From NCBI GenBank assembly GCA_010909165.1, contig MU008194.1, positions 434,001 to 498,000 on the forward strand: 64,000 nt of DNA, in the 5' to 3' direction. The notes beneath the pieces are model-generated. The model saw only the letters and a list, made by a program, of their open reading frames with translations, was not told where the DNA came from and did not search any database. Of the stretch, positions 26,679 to 38,778 are shown one piece after another (position 1 is the first letter of the stretch; the number at the start of each line of letters is the position of its first letter). Both the position numbers and the translations under genes were made by a program. The DNA is from Anthoceros angustus. Its lineage: Eukaryota; Plantae; Anthocerotophyta.

Positions 26679-28049
26679 GGGCAATATAATATATACATGT
26701 TTCAGTAAGCCGTGGTAAGACAAGACTAGGAATGTCCACAGTTAAATGGTAGAATAGATTCAACTCACACCGACGTGAGGGAAAGGAGTTAGCTGGTACT
26801 CTCCCGTTGAGTAGATATTTACAGCCCCTAGCTTTATAGCTTAGAGCCTAAAGGTGATCCGCCCAACTAAATCTTATCCTGTCGGAATATTCTGTTTTGA
26901 GAAAGGCACGAGCTATATCCAGAAAGGCAGAAAGGAGTGGTAAAGATTATATTCTGTTTTGAGAAAAGCAGAGCTGTATCCACAAAGGAGTGGTAAAGAT
27001 CACATGTGTGAGAGCCGTAGCAGGTTAGGTAGTTTAACTTCATCCACCTCTTCCTCCTTGTATTCCCTATTATTGCTGAAAATACGGAGCAAGAAGCCTT
27101 TGCCAGCAGTGTGCCTGTATTATCTTCAGGGATTGTGAAGGCATCATCTTTGGGGATTGGGAAGTTGTGTAGTAAGTCTCTGTTTCACTAAGTGATGGAA
27201 CCTTGGAATGAGCGATGTTGCCCTCGCATGTTGTACATCAATGCAATACACCACCAAGTGAGAACGAGCTAATTTCATGTACCTTATAGTACGTACTTTA
27301 TTTAGTACACATATATCTTTTGAGTTTGTCATAATCTCAAGAACTAATATACATTATTCTAATGCACAAGGTAGCCAGATAGATATACTTAAGTACTACC
27401 TCTATAAATACATAGATAATGAATTATCAAGAATTATGAACCATTCTTATGTACCTGTAAGAAACTTTGTGGCTTTGAGAAACATTGAATTGTGGCATAC
27501 ATAGCCACATGACTTACATCTTGAGATTAATTGTGGAAGAAAGTAATTGGCATAAATAAGAAAAAAAACTAATAATTGCATCCAGCAATTGCAAGCTATG
27601 TATCAAGCTATGCATCAAATGAAGAGAAAACTAATAATTCTAGTTCTCATGTGCAAAGACTAATAATTCTAGTTCTCATGCATGGCAAGCTCTCAAGCTT
27701 TGTTCAATAAATTCAGTAAGCAGTTCCATAAATAGCAATGTGCAGCCATTTTAGGCAGCCATGAGCAATTTGTAAGATTGCAGCATTGAGTATTAAGCAT
27801 ACTTCTTAATGACATGAATAAGAACACTTGTTCTCAACATGTTAGCCTCGAAACTCCATGGACAACGCAAGGACGCAAGCATCGTCTAATTGATGGCTCC
27901 AATTGATCTAATTGATGGCTCTAATTGATGGCTCCAATTGATTGCAATCGACAAACATCTACTCAAATCACTTATCAAATCACATGGTCTCGATCGCCAG
28001 CAAACAGGCTGGACGATTGTTTAGAAATGGGTGGTAAATAAATGTTGAC

Positions 28050-30286
28050 TCAATACTGCTTCTTGAATATAAACTCACATTCCGAAACTCCATCTTCAGG
28101 TAAATCCGTGCAATGAACGCCGTTTTTCACCTGTGCAAGGAAGCAGAGTGAATATTAAGCTGACATATTACTTCCAAGCCAGACATTAAAACTTTTACCT
28201 TGTTTGTTCCAAAATGTGCTCGGAGGGTGTTGGGCCTTAAAGCCTGGGCCAGTTGAGAATCTAGAGGCCCGCAAAATTCACGAAAGCTTTCGACTGGACA
28301 TACAGTCCCGTCCACTTTATCAGTTACCTCCAGCGCAAAACACGGGCCGTATGCCAGCTCGTGTGTCATAGCCTGGATCAAGACAGCTGTTCAAGTCACA
28401 TGTAGAAATTTCCTTGCTAGAGACGCGGGCGGGAGAAGGAATTTCTACGTATGTAGCATTTTGAGGGAGTAGAAATTCGTACATAGTAGTCTGGAAGAAC
28501 TCCTTGGTAAAGGGTATAAAACTTTGCAGTGTTGTGCCGGTTAAGGTTAACGAGTTCCATGGCGGTGATGTTGAACTTCTTCAAAATGGCGTCAATGATG
28601 ACCCCCGACACACCTGGAAGTAGAACAGACCCATGATCCACGAAGGATGTGCTATGTCATAAGTTCAATTGAAATGTAGATAGCAAATTACGTTACGTAA
28701 GCCTACCATCAAGCACTGCGTGAGGTTTAATAATACACAGTGAACAGTTCTTGAGCCTTGCACAAAACCCAAATTTTCTGCACTTGAAGAAAAACCTAAC
28801 TTCCTGCATATGGTCTCGCCTTTAAATTCGCATTCAGTGGTGTTAACTCTCTAGTATCAATAACAAGTGAGATTGTTCATATCTAGAAGGCCACAGCATA
28901 TACCTCTCTGCCAGCTGCGTAAGTATCTGCCCCATGAACGGCATTCCTCGTGCTGTTTGTACCAAACAGTGCACGCAAAGAAGAGGGAGCCTTCAGCTTT
29001 GCAATATCCGTGCTAGTTGGGCCTGTAGAAGGGATTACTTCGTGAGTAACACACTGTTTGATATCTTCGCAACAGCATATCAGTCTAAAGAGATAGCAGC
29101 AAGAGTCTCACCAATGAGCACTTTCCACCTTTGGACAGCATCCTCAGCAACTAACTCCATAGCAACACAAGGACCACTGGCCATCAAAGCTGTAAGTTCC
29201 CTGCCGTAGATAAGCACAATCCCAGTGTCAAGGCTGGAGATGACACTCTCACATTCAGGCTGAAATGGAGGGGATATGCTATCCCGGCTTTTACAGAATC
29301 ACCAACAGGGACCTTACGCATAAAAAGGCTTCTTCCTGTGCGATCTGTAGAACTCTCCTGCATCCTGCTGGGTGATTTGACACATTCGCAACTGCTTTAT
29401 GAGAAAACCATTCTTGTAAACAGCGTCGATGATCTTTCCTATGTGATGGTAGGCATCAGGTTTTATCAGCGCGAAGGTCCTGAATTCACCAGCCAATGAT
29501 GCATAAGTACAGTAACCAAATAAATTGAGTTAAAAAACGCACTCAGACCCTCTCCCAGCAAATCACTCGGCCAGAAAGTTATTAGCTGCAAAAAATACAA
29601 CAGCAGTAAAGCAGCCTACTTCTCACTGTAAGCGCGCCAAATAGTTTACAGCTGTATCTAAATGACGTACGTTTCTTGCTGTGCTGCCAAATGCTTCCGA
29701 GTAAACTCGTCACCATATTCTTCCAGAACCAGAGTCCTTGTGTAAACTAGAACTGTACCACCTAGATATAAATGCTCTTGATTTATGGAGGGGTAGGAAA
29801 CCCTCTTGAGAAAAACTTTCTGGTTCTTAATGTCATACTGCATCATGAGATAACATTTATGATTGTTGATCAATCTTCTGCTAGCATATTTCCTACAAAG
29901 CCCTACAGGGACACTGAGCTGGAAGAGAGGGCGTACAAGCTCAATAGATTTGTCGACAGTGTGATAAAAAAATTGGTACTTCCAATGTATTTCCGTCATA
30001 GGATCAATCCAGCGGACAATGAAGGCATACCGAGCACCTTCATCTGAAGGTAACTTGAATAAATTTGACTATCAATACAAGAGACACAAGCTGTCAGTGA
30101 TGCTGCTGGTACTCCCACATTACAAATTACAACTTCTGCAGCCACAATGACAACAATCTGGTGCAAAAATGATATTTTCCAGCCCTACAAGCCTAACCAA
30201 CAGCAGATGGAAAATCGGACCATTATGTGCTGAGCACTAATGCACTCCACTCAATCACAAGAAATAGCTGCTTCGTCCACATCCAT
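28050..30286 (-). CDS. NME7: Nucleoside diphosphate kinase 7 (DM10 plus two NDK domains), ciliary/basal-body protein; multi-exon
   Basis: DM10: RYAFIVRWIDP..YQFFYH..DKSIEL|YDIKNQKVFLKR..LYLGGTVLVYTRTL. NDK-A: TFALIKPDAY..LRALFGTNSTRNAVHGAD. NDK-B: LCIIKPHAV..FREFCGP..LRPNTLRAHFG..NGVHCTDLPEDG. The start exon MDVDEAAIS is tentative. Confidence 0.9.
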
Positions 30287-31842
30287 TTGTAAACAAGATC
30301 GCATCTCACTGAGCCCACCGTCAGGCATTATCGACAATCGCTTATGATTCCAACAGACAGTCTGCACAAAGAAGACACCACCTCATCAACTAGACACAGA
30401 GCCTGGAAACCTGTTCAAGAAGAGCCCCCACAACCCACCCAGATAGGCACATCAGGGATGCCCTTCCAACTATCTAAATATGCAGCTAAACTAAGGATAT
30501 TCGCTCGATACAGTCTGAAGTATCACGCTTTAGTTCATGAAACCCCCTAATAGATCAGAGATGAACCAGACAAAGCCTGAGGCATCCTTGGAAGCCACTA
30601 CAATGTTTCTTCTGGCAAGCAGTGGCAACAGACTGCCAACTAGAGCCGCATGCTGTAAGAAGAAGGCAGACTCTGAAAAACTTCAGATCTGCTGGCATCA
30701 TTATAGCACAGTTATGACTCGAATCCCTTCTACGTCCGAAAAACAACAGAAGGCGCTCCTAAGGACTGTGCGCGCATACAAACTGACGCGTCACTACCAT
30801 TCAGCCACACTTTCACAGACGGAAGAACCAGGGACAGTGAAAAGAACTGACAGCTAGGAAGCAAAGGTGCAAGTAGCTAGATGAGAAAAGAGGAAGACAC
30901 CATGAGATCAGACTAAAAATCTGGCGTCATAGCCAGAAGTGTCTGCAGCGACGGACACGGCATCTGAAAACCGAGTTACGGCCCATTTATATGAGGCAAA
31001 GTCTAGGCCACTTGATACATCTAAACCAGCAGCCCACGCCTTTTCTTGACCTCTTCCCCAAACTTGCAGGGAAAATGTAGTAGAGCTTGCGAAGGCTAAA
31101 CATTGCCAAAGCTTGGGCAGAAGCCAGGGCACTCTTCCTGACCACGCCCGATTTCAGATAGCAGGGGTCCCTGCAGCATTCCTCCCGCTCAGACCTTTTA
31201 CTAATCACCATCATCTCTTCATGGGTCTCATCCAAGGTCTGACCAAAAACCCAGACAGCACGAAAAGCCAACTCCAGGACACAGCATGATACTAAAGGCA
31301 TGGCTTGAGGTCTTGGTTCCGCCCAAGACACCTTCCAGGTGGATGCCCCACCACTTGATCCATGCCCACAGTCAACATACGCGACCGAGGACCTGCAGCC
31401 TACAGATGGTACCCTGTAACCCTAAGAGCATCATCACAGCTCCTACTGTCCGTGAAACAGGCCGTGTCTCATATCCAGCCCCTGTGAACATGTACACCGC
31501 CCGACTCCGACGAGGGGAAAAGCCCTTCCTTACTTATGCTCTGCGGGGAACGGCAAGACCGCGGATCTCAAAGACCAAACCCTAAGCTCACGCCAAGCTT
31601 CCATTTGCTTCTCCATCTTGGCGCTGTCGATAACGAAAGCACCTACTCCTATCCGACAATGTCTAGAAGGATCTGTGCCAATATTAGCTGGGAGGAGTGC
31701 CGCACCCACCGCAGTGCCACCGACCTCACCGGCTGAACAAACGGGTCCATTGGGGACAAACCCTTAGAGTTTCCCTCGCTAGCGTAGTTCTCGATAAAGA
31801 AAGACCGTTACTGCAACCTCCAGAGCCGGACGACGCTTCCTG

Positions 31843-31857
31843 TTAGGGTTAGGGTTT
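31843..31857 (-). promoter_or_regulatory. Telo-box (AAACCCTAA) upstream of SRP9
   Basis: ttagggttagggttt about 110 bp before the ATG. Telo-boxes are typical of translation-machinery genes. Confidence 0.55.
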
Positions 31858-31963
31858 ATCATTTTGTTCCTCATAACCCTCGTCTCCTCAACTGGCTTCA
31901 CCCGGCAGAGTTGAGTCAACGGGTACTGCCTGCCGCCTGTTCTGGGAAATTCAGAGGCATGCC

Positions 31964-32665
31964 ATGGTGTACATAGATTTATGGGACGACTTCGAGGAGC
32001 GCGCCATCTTGTTGTTCCGTGCCGATCCTAATGCTGTATCCTACGCTGTTTCCAATTCACGTAGAAAAGGGAATTTGTGCCAAGCAGGCGAACCTGTCGT
32101 GTTGAATGTGTGGTTTGGCCATGTCTCAGCTGTCAGAAACCAGGAGATGGTTGAGATCTTAACAAGAAAGCAGACTCGGTACGTTATGAAGTATCGCCAT
32201 TGCGATGGGAAGCTGGTGCTGAAGGTCACTGACGATCGGGTGGTATGGCACTTTCAGCTGCACTTCTCTACTCCTTTTTGCTAGCAGCTGTTAGGTGGGG
32301 TTAGGGTTGAGCTGTGACGAGGGGTTGGTGTACCTCTCTGTAGGAGCTTTAGTGGGTCACAATTTGAATTCTGGGTTGCAGTGTTTGAAGTTCAAGACAG
32401 ATCAGGCTCAAGATGTCAGGAAGATGGAAAAGCTGAACAACATTTTCTTCACAATGATGGCACGTGGGCCTGATGGTAAGTTCGATTCTTCCCTCAGCAG
32501 CCTGAATACCTATTGTACAGCCGGGTGATGTCGTACCGGCCTCAATACCTAGTGAAAGTCGGCTGATGTTGTCGTTGGCATGTTTCAGCTGTTGTGCCGG
32601 AGGAAGTGCCTAAGGAGCAAGTACAACAGCAAGCCTCGAAGAAAGGCCGCGGCAGACGACAATGA
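31964..32665 (+). CDS. SRP9: Signal recognition particle 9 kDa protein; four exons
   Basis: MVYIDLWDDFEERAILLFRADP|TRYVMKYRHCDGKLVLKVTDDRV|CLKFKTDQAQDVRKMEKLNNIFFTMMARGPD|..QQASKKGRGRRQ*. Confidence 0.95.
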
Positions 32666-34259
32666 TTTGTCGAGGGATAGCACTGCCACATTGGCAGCCA
32701 TTTTGGTCTGGCCTGCGACCACCTACAGCTCTGCCCTACGCATGTATGGCCCAAATCTCTCCACTCGGAAATTGACGGTGGTGTGGTACTCCCAACTCAG
32801 ACAGTGAGGAGACCAGCAGATTGTTCTAAGACTTTCTTCCTACCAGGGCACCCGACATCGTGAAGGCGATTTGAATCAAGTTGTAGAGACGCGGCGCAAG
32901 CTGGTCAGCTAGGTAGATGTTGTTTTCATGAAACTTACATCCTAGGGTGGAAGTCCACGCTGGGAAAGAAGTGCTTCGGGAGCGTCCATAGCCGGATCCT
33001 ACAATGTCGAGATCCATTTTTGCAACCATGTTCCACAACGGGTTCCATCCCGCGAACAAGTAGCTCGCAGGTCGATAGTTCTTCTCTTAAATAACTAATT
33101 AGCGTGACAGCACAAGATTCCTGAAAGATTGTTCAATTAAATTGGAATTATCTGTGAAAGCCGTCAGGTCCATCCCAGTCCTACCCCCAAGAATCATTGT
33201 GTATCCCTTCGGAACGATATACATAGGTATACTGAGCGACATCCTCCCTGCGAGGGGCTTGGCTCCCGCAGCTGTTGCCTTTGCTGGAAGTCCGACTCTT
33301 TGCCTGCTTGGGAGGTTTCTAGAAGGTTGCGAGATATAACCCATATTAAAGCCCAAAACTGTGTCGTCTCCGTAGCTGTATTAGAACTGCCGCCTGTGTC
33401 TGGAGGTTGAGTTAGCCGCGCGCTCAGAGCACAACCATTTTCGCTTCTGCTTGCACTGAAGAGAACCTTGCGTGGGACACAATTCACTGCACACTCCACA
33501 TTTCAGGGTGCGCAATCCAGGGCTCCGTAGAATAACATCAAATTGGACGTTTTGTTTACCAACATGCGGAGTGCGGGGTAGAAGGGTGTGCATTGCTATC
33601 TTCTTGATACGTGGTTATAGCAGGTGCTTCAGAAAAACCGCTCTCTGCTGCGTCCTATGGGTGGGAGGTCTGCAGGGTTGCGTGGCCGCCGGGCGCCGGC
33701 ATCTCGCGAGCTCTGCAGAAATCTCCGTGGGTAGAAGGAAGGCACCTGGGGTAATGGAACATTGCATCATGATATTCCCTCGGAACCGCTATCTTGTTCC
33801 GGATGACACCCAGCTGTTGGGTGCCACCTCCTTCTGGTTTTAGACCTGATTCACAAACAGCTCGACGGTGGCCATGAGGTCCAGAGGGACTGACATGATT
33901 CCGTGCCATTGCAGGCTTCCACTTGTGCCAGCGTCCGTCTCCAGAAGGGAGCTTGGAGGGGCCGGGTCCACCTCAATTCATGACGGGGAGTTAATAGGTG
34001 CTATAAAGATCAGTATCTTCGGAATTTTAGTCAGCACCTCATACAGTGTGTGCAGACTCCTCCACTGTAGCTCCCCACAAGCCTCGTCGTAACAACAAAT
34101 GTCTCGAAACTCTTTCTTCAGCCTCAGATGAGGACTCACAATTGGGGGAGCTTGGAAATGCATGAAAATGAATCTCGCTGGAAATGTCTTGTTCTTTGAA
34201 ATCCACCAAGCCTTGGCTTCCTGCGCTGCTCAAGCTGATAGACCCCCTGGTGACAAACG

Positions 34260-37044
34260 TTATCTGGGTCTCATAAGCTCTGTAGCACTTCCCGAACTCG
34301 AGCTGGAAGTTGCCTTGGTTGTTGATGTTGACCCCGACTCTTCCAACAGCATACCGTAGGCTTGCATCTCAAGTGTCCTGTTTTCACTGTCGATGACATC
34401 AGCCTTGCTGTAAAATTCCTCAGCCTTCAGCTTGGATCCCTTGATCCTTTGCAGCATTTCCACGACTTCACTCATCGATGGTCTTGAAGCCCTCGACGCC
34501 ACCAGGCACGCCACCGCAACCTGCCACCACAAACTGTTAGTCTCCATTCTGCTCTGAACTGATCTGAAGGGCTCCTCACACAGCTGTAATCAATGACTGA
34601 CTCACCTGTGCAACTGCCTCAACTGCGTGGAGCTCCTCTCGTGAGAGAGTGGACGACATATGCGAGTCAATGATTTCACGGACCCTCCCACTCTTGATCA
34701 AGGGGATTGAGGACACAGCAAGGTTCTGCTCCGCAGCTGCTTTGGAAAGATCAATCGGCTTCTTGGACGTGATCAACTCCAGGAGCACAACCCCAAAGCT
34801 GTACACGTCTGTTTTATCGGTAAGCTGGAAGTTGTGGAAATATTCCGGATCCAGATAGCCAGGAGTTCCCTTCACAACTGTGGACACATGTGTGGCCTCC
34901 AAATCCACCAGCTTAGAAAGCCCGAAATCCGCAACTTTGCCGTTGAAGTTATCGTCTAATAGGATATTGGCAGACTTCACATCACGATGGAAGATTGGTG
35001 GTGTTGCCTGAACATGCAAGTACTTGAGTGCCTCAGCCGTTTGAAGAGCAACCCTGAACCTTGTGCTCCAATCAAGCCTGGTGTTGAAGCCCTTGTGTGC
35101 TATGGATAGGTGATCCTGCAAAGTGCCATTGGGTATGAACTCATATACCAGAAGCGGAATGTCCAACTCGATGCAGCACCCCAAAAGCTTGACAAGATTC
35201 CTGTTGTTCACTTGCGAGAGGATGGCCACCTCGTTTACAAACGACTCCACATCGCTGGCATGCTTTGCCATTTTAATGGCCACGGTTCTACCGTCATCCA
35301 GAGTCCCTTTATACACAGTGCCAAACCCTCCACTCCCAACCTGGTTGTCTGCAGAGAACCTTTCTGTTGCACGCTCCAGCTCAGCATAGGTGAACATGGT
35401 GCATGCTGCAAGTCGAGCGGCATTCTCCTTCAAAATGCCACTGATGGCAGCCGAGGCTTGACCAGACCTCCCGAACGCACCACTGATCACAACATTTCGT
35501 TCTTGATACTTCCCCCTGGGTTTAGACCCATACTGCCGCCGATAGTACAGAAACCCTATAAGAGCTAGCACAACAATCGAGATGATGACGGCAGGCACCG
35601 CCACCGCTGCAGCCACCACAAGTTGCAAATTGCTGAACTTCAGTTGCCAGCGGTTACAGTACTCCACACAAGAAGAAACCTTGACAGCAAGCAACATCGG
35701 TTTACCTGCCACCGGGAACTTCTTCTTCTCCTCTTGCTTCCCCCCACCGGTGTTCGAGCCGGCTCCCCCTGCAAAGCCCAATCCGCCTTCAGAGAGGGTG
35801 TTCATAACGAAGCAACTGCGGATCGGAAGACCGTTCCAAGCCATGGTCAACAATGCTCCAGGAAACCTACCCACTTGCACACTCAGCTTCATGTTGCCAG
35901 CAGCACAGTTATCCGCAATTCCATCAATGAAATAGTACACCCCATTATCTGGTCCAAGAGGCACGCCATTGCCCGGGATGTTGTTCACACCCAGCGGTCT
36001 GGAGGGCACCGTGCAGCTGTTGAAATCATCTTGGTTTACCCGCACCACGTTGTGTTTGTCCTTAGTGAAGCTGAAGACTTCATGGAATGCAATAAAAAAC
36101 AGTTCACCAACGAGTCAGACAAACAAGCACAAATCTCACAGCACCAGTACCAGCACCAGCACCAGCACCAGCACCAGCACCAGCACCAGCACCAGCACCA
36201 GCACCAGCACCAGCACCAGGAGCAACAAACAACTTGGTGTTGGGCAACAACAAATCCAACCATACACACCAAGCACAGATCCGGCCTGAAAAGGGAATCC
36301 CTTGAACGCATTCGTGTAGAAGTTGGCATCCGTTTGAGGCTCCCAGATAATCTCAATCTGGAAGGCCTGGTTGGGCGTCCCGTCTTGCGTGGGATCGGAA
36401 TCCGGAGCGGGAGCGGGAGCAGGACCAGGATTACTGGTGAACTGTGGAGGGGGAGGAGAAGCCAGACCAGACCCAGGAGAGGGAGCGGTCTGCCCCGGAG
36501 GAGGCGGAGCTGGAGTACTGGAATCCCCAGGTTGGACGGTGACGGAAAACGCCATCCCCTGCTGGCAGTCTGAACTAATGTTGGTAGTGGTGATCCCGGT
36601 GCTGGTGAAGAAGTACGTGCCCGCTTGCACCAAATACAGCAAGGTGGCGCCTCCGGTGAAAAAGGCACCCGGGTCTGCGACCGAGCAGCTCGCCAGGTCA
36701 TCCAGTGACCAAAGCTGCGTCACGTCATGGCTGGTATCGTACACGAACACTGCGGCCATGGCAACAGCTGCTCAGATACGGACAATGAAACGATGCAACA
36801 ATCACGGGCTGCAACCAGAAACCTGAACACATCTCATACATAGAGAGTCGTTGACGTAGAGCGTCAATCCGTCGGCCCACTTCTGGTAGAAGTCCGGGTC
36901 TTGGTGAGGAGACCAATCAAACGTGGAGCCTGGAATATCCCCGACATCGTACTGCAGCTGGGCTTCAGCCACGGGAGCGGCAGCCAGCATGAGACCCAGC
37001 AGCGAGAGTGCGAGTGCGATCCAGGCGATCCTTGAGGAGTCCAT
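34260..37044 (-). CDS. Receptor-like kinase with two tandem phytocyanin/ENODL-like domains, a Pro/Ala-rich linker and a WAK-like RD kinase (gene C)
   Basis: Signal peptide MDSSRIAWIALALSLLGLMLAAAPVAEA. Domain 1: YDVG..DWSP..FYQKWADG..VNDSL|LFVYDTSHDV..C..TYFFTS..DCQQGMAFSVTV. Linker PAPPPPG..PAPAPAP. Domain 2: WEP..FYTNAF..FQAGSVL|VFSFTKDKHNVVRVNQDDFNSC..YYFIDGIADNCAAGNMKLSVQV. TM AAAVAVPAVIISIVVLALIGFLYY. Kinase [44 protein letters not shown]. Confidence 0.92.
36139..36218. repeat. (CAGCAC)n microsatellite in an intron of gene C
   Basis: About 13 hexamer units. It is shorter in the paralogous intron of gene D (~54302-54339). Confidence 0.95.
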
Positions 37045-38539
37045 CTCTCTGGCGACGCCGCGCCTCCCCGAGCTGAAACGTATCACCGATCTGCACCCTC
37101 GAGGCTGCGATTCTGGGCGATGGGCGTCTGAATGCGGTCTCGCAGACGCGGTCGGCAAGGGAGACCAGCATATCGCGTTTCACCATGAGGACGGCAGATG
37201 CGCGTCGGGACACCATGTTTAGGCTGGCAGTCAGGGGTCCTGCAGCGAAACTTCGGCCGGCATGGGGGCCCGGCCGCTAAACCAATTCGGCTCTGCCGAC
37301 CCATACAGAGACGTTCTCCATTCGAGGGGCTTGGGTCCCGCTGTAGACATGGGTCCTGTCGACAGACCAGGCTCTCACAACAGTACATCGCCCCTCAGTT
37401 TGTCGGTTCGGGAGAAGGTGGAAGCAGCATTGGCCACGGGCATTACCAAGAGCTTGAGATTTTGAAGCACGGACAGAAGGATGCTATGCTATGGGCGCAG
37501 CTTGCTGCCTGTTGTGACAAGTCCGAGGATCTGCACATCGGAAGTTTGCACAAGGGCGAAAGATATAACCCATATTTCGCACCAAGACTGTGTCACATCT
37601 GAGGCTGTACCTGAGCTGTGGCCTGCGCATGTGAGAGAATCGGCCGAGTGTTCAGCGCAATGCGAACTATTGTTTCGCCTTTTACTAAAGATTACCGTGC
37701 GCGGGATACAAACCAGCGGCATACTCCCTCGTTTTGGGCTGAGCTCTCCACAGCTCCACGAAGAAAAATACATGGGATAACGTCCACGATCATGGATACC
37801 AGGTTCGGATCTCCGGTTCTCGGCGATGTGGGATCCGTCAGGTGCCTCTGCTGGCGAGAAACCTGTGACAGAGAGGCTGCAGGGACGAGCCACCGGCACT
37901 TCCAGGGCTTGGGGAAATATCCGGGAGGGAGCTCCTGTGGAAGGTCCCTCAACACGTCTCATGATTGGAACACCGTAACATGAGAATCCCCAGGGAATCC
38001 CCAAGCCCGCTGTGCTGTTCCGGATGACACCCACACATTGCCGGAGCCAAAGCTGGAATTGCCTCGGTTTGTTCATCCCGATTGCTCGTCATGACCAGAC
38101 AACTGAAGTGAAGAAACGGATACATGTCTCCGGAGTATTACCTGCCCCCGGAAGGCTTTCCCGGAGAGGAGAAACTCTTTCTACTGCCGTCTTCTAAGCA
38201 TTAAGTCTGACGCATGCACATTCATGCACATTCTGTTACCGTCCGACTCATGACAGGTGTGACCAGACAAAGCCTCTGGAATAGTTTCTTGTTGTTGGGG
38301 AAGGAGATAGGTGCTAAGGTCTCCATATGCTCTGTGACCCTCGACAAACAGCTTCTTGTCTGATCATATCTGTTGTTGGTTGATTTCACTCTATCACAGT
38401 ACACAGCGTTTGGGCACGAAAGATGGGTCTGTCTAGCAAGACTGGAGCGGAAGATCGGTATCAATGAGCAATGAGCAATGAGCAATGAGCAACCCAATGA
38501 CTCTCCGTTGGAGATGATACTAAAAGCAATTAGAATTGC

Positions 38540-38778
38540 TGTTGGATCATGAGCGGTGACCAGAGCCAAGTGCACGGGAGAGACGGGAAGAGCACGAGCG
38601 AACGTGTGTGTACCAAGAACGAGTGCTGTATTGATAAAGCAGAAAGATACTTATACATGTTTGTAGAGAGCGGTTTAATAACCGTCAGTCTAGCTGGAAA
38701 TACTAAACTACCTAATAGCCGTTCATGAGACGGGCTAACTTGAGTAGAATAACGTAAACTGAAAGGCTATTCCCAATA
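38540..38778 (-). repeat. 3' LTR of the Copia element, preceded by a polypurine tract
   Basis: On the minus strand, PPT aagtgggag (38787-38779) is followed by TATTGG...CCAACA inverted termini. Confidence 0.7.

Larger units (their letters stand above)
32961..37310. repeat. Segmental duplication, copy 1 (paralogous to 51107-55475), carrying RLK gene C and flanks
   Basis: Continuous high nucleotide similarity, including introns and the 3' flank. Confidence 0.92.

Noticed and set aside
35623-36573. 316-aa plus-strand ORF with a poly-(QH) tract, and its 330-aa paralog at 53738-54730
   Set aside because: Antisense shadow of genes C and D. The QH run is an intronic microsatellite.
37489-38076. 195-aa ORF upstream of gene C, and a 191-aa ORF at 58152-58727
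   Set aside because: The frames are not conserved among the homologous copies of this module, so they were treated as non-coding or pseudogene sequence.
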